A DNA stretch of 64,000 nucleotides from Minutocellus sp. GHC0000111 (taxonomy: Eukaryota). Shown piece after piece: positions 58,316 through 64,000 of this stretch (position 1 is the stretch's first letter; each line of letters starts with the position of its first letter). The stretch is taken from positions 434,001-498,000 of the forward strand of contig OZ361261.1 of NCBI GenBank assembly GCA_977018835.1, written 5' to 3'. The notes beneath the pieces are model-generated. The model was not told the origin of the DNA and made no database searches. It saw only the letters and a list, made by a program, of their open reading frames with translations. The position numbers were made by a program, and so were the translations under genes.

Positions 58316-58870
58316 TTACGTTGTCAGAGACATGATGGCATTGACCAGATCGCCGTCGTTCTCCTTGAGAGCGGCGACGGCCTTGGCCCGGGAGCAGGAG
58401 GCCTGGGACATGACGAGCTCGATGTCCTTGGCCTCGACGCCGCTGTCATCGACGGCCTCGTCGGCATCATCACCGGCGTCCTCGACGGTGGGGACCTCCA
58501 CATCGTCCTGGAGGGCGGCAGCGGCCTTGGCCTGCTGCATGGCGGCCTGCTGCTGGAGGCCACCTCCCTGGCGGGCCTCGCCGAAGATGACGTAGGTGCC
58601 GTTCTTCTCGAAGACATCGGGTCTCTCGATGGCGAAGTATCCACCCTTGCCGGCGGTCTTGAGAGTGACGCGGGCAACGCCGGACACGGGGCGCATGCCG
58701 AGGCGCTGCATCATCTTCCGGGCCTTCTTCTCGGCGCGGTTGAGCTGCTTGCCCTCGCCCGACTCCTCGGCACCCTCGGCGGCAGCACCCTCATCCTGCT
58801 CCTCGAGATCCGGGACGTCGTCGTCGTCGGATTCCTCGAGCTTCTTGGCCTTGATTTCAGCGTCCGTCAT
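58316..58870 (-). CDS. NACA: Nascent polypeptide-associated complex alpha subunit
   Basis: Motifs NRAEKKARK..LG, PDVF..TYVIFGEA and the UBA-like DIELVMSQA..SRAKAVAALKENDGDLVNAIMSLT. Confidence 0.95.
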   Translation of the reverse strand: MTDAEIKAKKLEESDDDDVPDLEEQDEGAAAEGAEESGEGKQLNRAEKKARKMMQRLGMRPVSGVARVTLKTAGKGGYFAIERPDVFEKNGTYVIFGEARQGGGLQQQAAMQQAKAAAALQDDVEVPTVEDAGDDADEAVDDSGVEAKDIELVMSQASCSRAKAVAALKENDGDLVNAIMSLTT

Positions 58871-59157
58871 GGTTGAGATTGGGTCAAGTAAGGAGTAACT
58901 CAAAAAATGAGAGGCAGACAGACCAATACCTAGGTAAAGGGTTATGAGCTTTCTCTTTTAACCCTTTCCCTTCTCGTTCTCTCTTCTTTTCCATATATGT
59001 GCCGGTTTTGTACGTACGTACTACGTAGATTTCTGGGCCGGCGTCGTCTTCTTTTGTTTGGTGAGACGGACATTTCTCCTCTCTCTTCTGCATTAGAGTC
59101 AAGTCTAAACCATTTAAGATAGAACTAGAAGACCTATGGATACAGTTTTACCGGTAC

Positions 59158-61257
59158 TTATACATTCATGAACGCTGAATGATGCCGACCACTCGCTGCG
59201 CTTCTTCTGCCACTTGAGCCCCTGCCATTGGCAAGTCCTCCTCCTCCTATGCCCCCACCACCATTCCTTGCTCTGTTGTTGCTTCTGCTATCAGATCGAG
59301 CACTTGATCTACCTCGCCCTGTAGCAAGTCCTGATGAGCTTTCCCTTGGGTCTTGTCCCCCCGACGTTTTACTTCCGGTGCTATATCGTTGTCTCATTCT
59401 GTTACCAGGTGCGTAGCTACGAAGACCCGTTCGTCCATTCGCACCATCTTTCCTCTTGTTATTTCGGCTTGACCCAATGGAAATAGTTGGCAGACTCCAG
59501 TTGAATGTGTCAAAAATATTCCACCTCTTTTCTTTCAGTCGTTTGTCATTTTTCATCCAGTACTGTTTCAGAGCTAACCCCAGTGCACCCAACAGGACGA
59601 TTATGATCAAGTCGGTGAATACCCCGCCCGCAGCCGAGCGCAATCTACCGAGAGGCCGGCGCTTCCCACGCCATGGCTTGATGACAATAATTCGAGGATT
59701 TTGGATTCCTGCTGGCCAGTAGACGGACTTGACATGATCATATATTGCGGCATTGTCCACACCTCCCAATGTACCAAAGCAAGCCGGACATTCCTCCTGA
59801 GTTGGCCACATTATTTCTTGTGACGGTACAACGGCGGCCCCCCCGGATGCAATGCTCGAACGAATGTGATTGTGAACGTTCCACAGCCATACTGTGAGCT
59901 CATGCCAACCCGGATCGGACTGTGGTGTATCAGCTTGAACATCTGCCAAACTACCGCACAGCTCAAACAGGCAGTCGTCAACGGATTCCAAAAAGACTCG
60001 TCTCAGTATTCTGGAAGATCCTCCATAAAACGATTCCACGTAGTCTCGGAAGACCGTCGCAACATGCGACGGGCGGACGCGATCGGTTTCTCCCAACACT
60101 CGACTGTGCTGCTGCGCCACGCCAATGGCCGATATGTGAAACATGCGGAGCAAACCGCAGCTGTATCCAGAGAATTCCTGCACCACATCCAATCCACCAG
60201 TCTCGTTGGGATCAATGTATTGTCCTCGGACGCAGGAACGGCTCCAGCTCGGTCGGTCGCCGGGGTTTCGATGGCGATCCAGCACCCGGAGAAGCTGAGT
60301 TCGGCCCTTAATGATGGTGTCGTAATCGGATCGCAAATCATTGATCAGATCGTGTAGACGCCAGTTCGGTGGAAGGGTCCAGTGCAGCAAGTCTAGATAT
60401 TCTCTCAGAGTGTAGGCTAATTCACGAGCCAGTGGGGAGTCTCGTCCATTCGGATCGTAGACGGTCTGCTCCATGGACACAATAAAGGATGCGGCCGCGT
60501 CTGAAAATACCACAGTGGATTCAGGATCAGCAGCTGCTGCGGCGGCAGCTGCGGCATGATGGTGATGGGTAGCCGGGTGGATCCCTCCCCCTCCTCCGGC
60601 TCCCCTGTTGATACCCCCCGCTGCTGCATGCTTTGTAGTAGATCCAGCCATCCCGCCCACCACCATAACGCCGGCATCTTGCCCCCTGCCCCCATTGCCA
60701 TCACCCCCACCATTCTCAAATTGGCCATCCTCCGCTGGACCCAAATTCAATTCCAAAACATCAGCAACAGACATAATGTCAATGGTGTTATCCTGGGTAC
60801 GTTCGAGCGCCAGCCCATCGACCCTCCCAGCCTTGAAGGCCAATATCACCGGTACGGAACGGATCTCAAACTCGGCACACACTTCATCGTGAACGGCGCA
60901 GCTCACGGCATGAAAGGCGACGGGCACTCGGCTGCTCCGATGTCGTACGGCGCGGGCCAGGGCAATGTAATTGGACGTAAAGTCCTGACATGCGGCCGAC
61001 GTGGGGTGGTAGAACACTGCCACACGAGGCCACGTAACGTCCAAAACGAAGGAGGGGGTGATGGTAGCGGCGACGCCCTCCTTGTTCTCGTTGCCGTTGA
61101 CGACGCCTCGGGTCACGTCGTCGGTGGGATTCTCATCCTCGGGAAGCAGTTCGAGGAAGGGATGGGAGGCAACGCCGTCGTTGAAGAGATATCGGATGTT
61201 GGTGTCGCCAACAGCGGCGATGTCGCCGCCGATGGCATCTCTCACTGCCGATGGCAT
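59158..61257 (-). CDS. QSOX-like protein (thioredoxin-like plus ERV/ALR domains, TM); 5' end uncertain
   Basis: PRVAVFY..C.DF, AVSC..VC..I.SVP, GYSCGL..FH, WLWNVHN.I and WPT..CPAC, followed by a TM segment. Confidence 0.7.
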   Translation of the reverse strand: MPSAVRDAIGGDIAAVGDTNIRYLFNDGVASHPFLELLPEDENPTDDVTRGVVNGNENKEGVAATITPSFVLDVTWPRVAVFYHPTSAACQDFTSNYIALARAVRHRSSRVPVAFHAVSCAVHDEVCAEFEIRSVPVILAFKAGRVDGLALERTQDNTIDIMSVADVLELNLGPAEDGQFENGGGDGNGGRGQDAGVMVVGGMAGSTTKHAAAGGINRGAGGGGGIHPATHHHHAAAAAAAAADPESTVVFSDAAASFIVSMEQTVYDPNGRDSPLARELAYTLREYLDLLHWTLPPNWRLHDLINDLRSDYDTIIKGRTQLLRVLDRHRNPGDRPSWSRSCVRGQYIDPNETGGLDVVQEFSGYSCGLLRMFHISAIGVAQQHSRVLGETDRVRPSHVATVFRDYVESFYGGSSRILRRVFLESVDDCLFELCGSLADVQADTPQSDPGWHELTVWLWNVHNHIRSSIASGGAAVVPSQEIMWPTQEECPACFGTLGGVDNAAIYDHVKSVYWPAGIQNPRIIVIKPWRGKRRPLGRLRSAAGGVFTDLIIIVLLGALGLALKQYWMKNDKRLKEKRWNIFDTFNWSLPTISIGSSRNNKRKDGANGRTGLRSYAPGNRMRQRYSTGSKTSGGQDPRESSSGLATGRGRSSARSDSRSNNRARNGGGGIGGGGLANGRGSSGRRSAASGRHHSAFMNV

Positions 61258-61922
61258 GGCATACCGCTGGCACTACCGATGCGATACCACTGGCAACTGG
61301 CAGCTGCCGGTTTGGTCTTCGCGATGGTCGTCATGGCACCATGGCACCTTGCAACCTTGCGTCAGCATGCGGCATTTGTTCCATGGTGCGTCGCACAGAA
61401 GATTCTAAGATTAAAAGATCTCTGTGTTTTGCGTTTCGTTTTCTCGTGGGAAACTAACTGTTTCCGCAGCAGCCAGCCATCGCCAGCAGCAGCAGCAGCA
61501 GCACACTTCAATTGACTTCATTGCTTCATCCATGGCGCCAATGGCGCCGGGAGCAATGGTGACTTGGGGGCAGCGCCGTGACGTGGCGTCCCTCTCCTCA
61601 TTTTTGCACAGGAACGTTCGTGCGGTAGTATTGTCTCTCCTTGGCTTATAAAATATGAAACGTTTTCGTTTCCTGAGCGAGATTTCTTCCGAATGAATGA
61701 ATGAAACCTGCCGACGCCATGGATGCTTCGCATCGTCGGATTTGAATGAACGAATGAATCGTGCCGACGCGATGGATGCGAGGAATGTTTTCGCTGCTTC
61801 GCATCGTCGGATTTTGCGGCCCTTCAAGGCACTGCAATCTGCCTCATAAAACAAAGATCGAACTGAAAGAACACAAAAATACAATATAATTTGAGCAACT
61901 CAGTGTGGAGGAACGAAAAGAC

Positions 61923-64000
61923 ATGAAGATTTCAACCGTGGCCTTTGTGGTGGCCCTCGCCGGTGTGACGAGCGTTGCTTCTGGACGTCGCCTCGGGGAG
62001 ACGGGTCATTATCTGGCGGAGAGGAAGAAGAAGGCGATGATGACGAAGAAGATGAATCGTGGAGCCGATGAGAAGCATTTGGAGATGTCCAAGAAGCGAG
62101 GCAGGAACGTCAGGGACGAACGTCACCTTTCCACTGCCGCAATCATCCAGGCGTCTTGTAGCGTCCCGGATCGAAGCTGGCTCGGTGATGGCGAATGCGA
62201 TGGCGGTGTCTACAACGTCGAGGAGTGTGGTTGGGATGGAGGCGATTGCATCATTGATGAACTTCCAGATTGTCATGTTGATGACCCATCCATGATTGGA
62301 GATGGTACATGTGATGGGGCAGAGTACAATATTTTTGCTTGTGATTGGGATGGTTCTGACTGCATCCACAATGATTACCCCGATTGCCATGTGAGCGACC
62401 CTACTTACTTGGCCGACGACCACTGCGATGGTGGTGAATATGCGACAGAAGCTTGCGGGTGGGATGCAGGAGACTGTGATTCGGGCCCAGATGGCACCTG
62501 CGATGTTTCCATGCAATCCTGGCTCTCAGATGGGCGCTGTGATTTGCTTCTAGAAGAGCACAACACTTTGCAGTGTGACTGGGTAAGTGTTCGTATAATC
62601 TTTCTGCTCTTCTTCACAATTCGCATGCTCTTCATTTCGGCTCTTTACTACTTTTTATCTGATGTCGCTTGATTTGCTCTCTTTCTTCGCATCCCACAAA
62701 AGGACGGTGGCGATTGTATCGTCCCTGAATATCCTGATTGTCATGTTCAGGTCCCCGATTTTCTAGGCGACGGGGAATGCGATGGCGGTGCATATTCGAC
62801 GCCAGAGTGTGGCTTCGATCTAGGGGACTGCCCTGCCTATCAAAGTGGTCGTAACGACGATACAGGGGGTGGTGAAAACGCCGGTGTCCCTATGCAACGT
62901 CTCCTCTACCTAAATGACTTCGAGGACCCCAATCGTCGTGTTTTCTCTAGTTGTGGAGGCGGTGCCGACATTAGAGATGATGTCATCAACATTCTTTTCT
63001 CTAAATCAGGCTTCAAGTTTCACCAGCAAGAGACCGTCGAGGTCGTCCATCTCGATGGCCTCCAGAGAAATCTCGATCACTCTGAAGGAGACCCGATTTT
63101 CGAAAACCCTCAAGGCGTCGGTGGGAACTTTGCCATCGGCATGTTTTCCGATCAAGAAGAAGACAAGCTTTCGCTCACACTAGACACTCACGACTTTTCA
63201 TTCCTCAACATCGGCATGAGTCTCGCCGCTGCAAATCTTCCTGGATGCGGCGGTCCATTCACCTACGAGAACCGTTTGTACAAACCAAAAGTCCACGTGT
63301 CTGTTTTGGACAGTCCCGAACTTGAAGGAGACTTCAACGGTTGGGGTGAGCCGCCCCTCGATGAAGGTGATCTCGAAGGAAGTGAAGTAAGTGGGTCAGA
63401 TCTCGCGGATCTACCATTCAAGCTGGATTGGGGCTACGATATGATTGGTCTGGATGTATCCTCATCTTCTGACGGGTACGTGACGATCGTCTTTGATCTT
63501 GAAAGCGTACCGTATGCCATCTTCGATGACCTCATTATCGTGGGATCCTCAACCAAATGGCCCTGTAATGAGGACGAACCATATGTTGAAGATCCTGAAT
63601 GCGATTGCTCCAAGGTCAGTTGCGCTGTTGGCAAAAAATGCGATCCTTACTCCTGCCTGTGCTTCGATGAGGATCTGCTTGCACCGTGTGTTGCAGTTAT
63701 CGATGAGGACGACGACTTCAACTGCAACAACTGGAACGGCAATACTCCATGCACGCAAGAAGATCTCTGGGATCTATTTAGGCAGGAATATCGCTATCGT
63801 CCGTTCTGCCTCCTGATTCCAGCTGATGAAGCCAACGATCCCCTCTCCCTTCCCGACAACTTCCTCAACGACGGCAACAAAGTTATTAAGTACGGCATCG
63901 ATCGTAACGGGGCTATCGAGGATTGGGCCTCATATTGTGAATTGGACGGTTACACCTCCAACAATGTCCAGTTCATTGGCCTGTTCGTTGATAACTCCGG
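61923..64000 (+). CDS. Secreted LNR(Notch)-like repeat protein, two or more exons, runs off the window
   Basis: Signal peptide and five GDG.CD..YN...C.WDGGDC-type repeats. Intron at 62583-62702. Exon 2 is open from 62703 to the end of the window and finishes GLFVDNS, possibly the start of a vWA MIDAS motif. Confidence 0.8.

Overview
Eukaryotic nuclear DNA, most likely from a diatom or related ochrophyte. The evidence is short GT-AG introns, gene-dense organisation, a signal peptide followed by an SAF plastid-targeting motif, and gene families typical of diatoms. The window holds about 28 host genes or gene remnants, including GT32, Popeye/cNMP, CYP86-clan P450, a bacterial-type GH28, three sulfotransferase-like genes, a peroxisomal carrier, a Prx-like/Grx fusion, two MYND paralogues, a torsin-like AAA+, MYB, kinesin, OTU, transportin-SR, NAC-alpha, a QSOX-like gene and an LNR-repeat gene. 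A mobile-element island spans about 36.3-50.3 kb. It contains an RT-less two-gene tyrosine-recombinase (Crypton-like) element plus a truncated tandem copy, an internally deleted DDE-type element, and a frameshifted Sola2-like transposon. Four observations stand out. (1) The two YR-element copies differ almost only by one-directional TpA->CpA/TpG changes (9 of 11 substitutions, 8 of them in TAY->TGY context), and a neighbouring element shows matching Tyr->His/Cys erosion, which suggests a repeat-targeted A-to-G hypermutation process (a mirror image of RIP). (2) The YR element pairs its recombinase with a small AP2-like protein and carries repeated CGTTTGAT boxes at its ends. (3) About 8 host genes carry deletions, nonsense codons or frameshifts, as expected of a decaying redundant chromosome copy. 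(4) TA-flanked palindromes cluster between genes, and one is demonstrably an 8-bp insertion inside an ORF. All calls come from manual motif reading; no database search was run. No RNA genes or CRISPR arrays were recognised.
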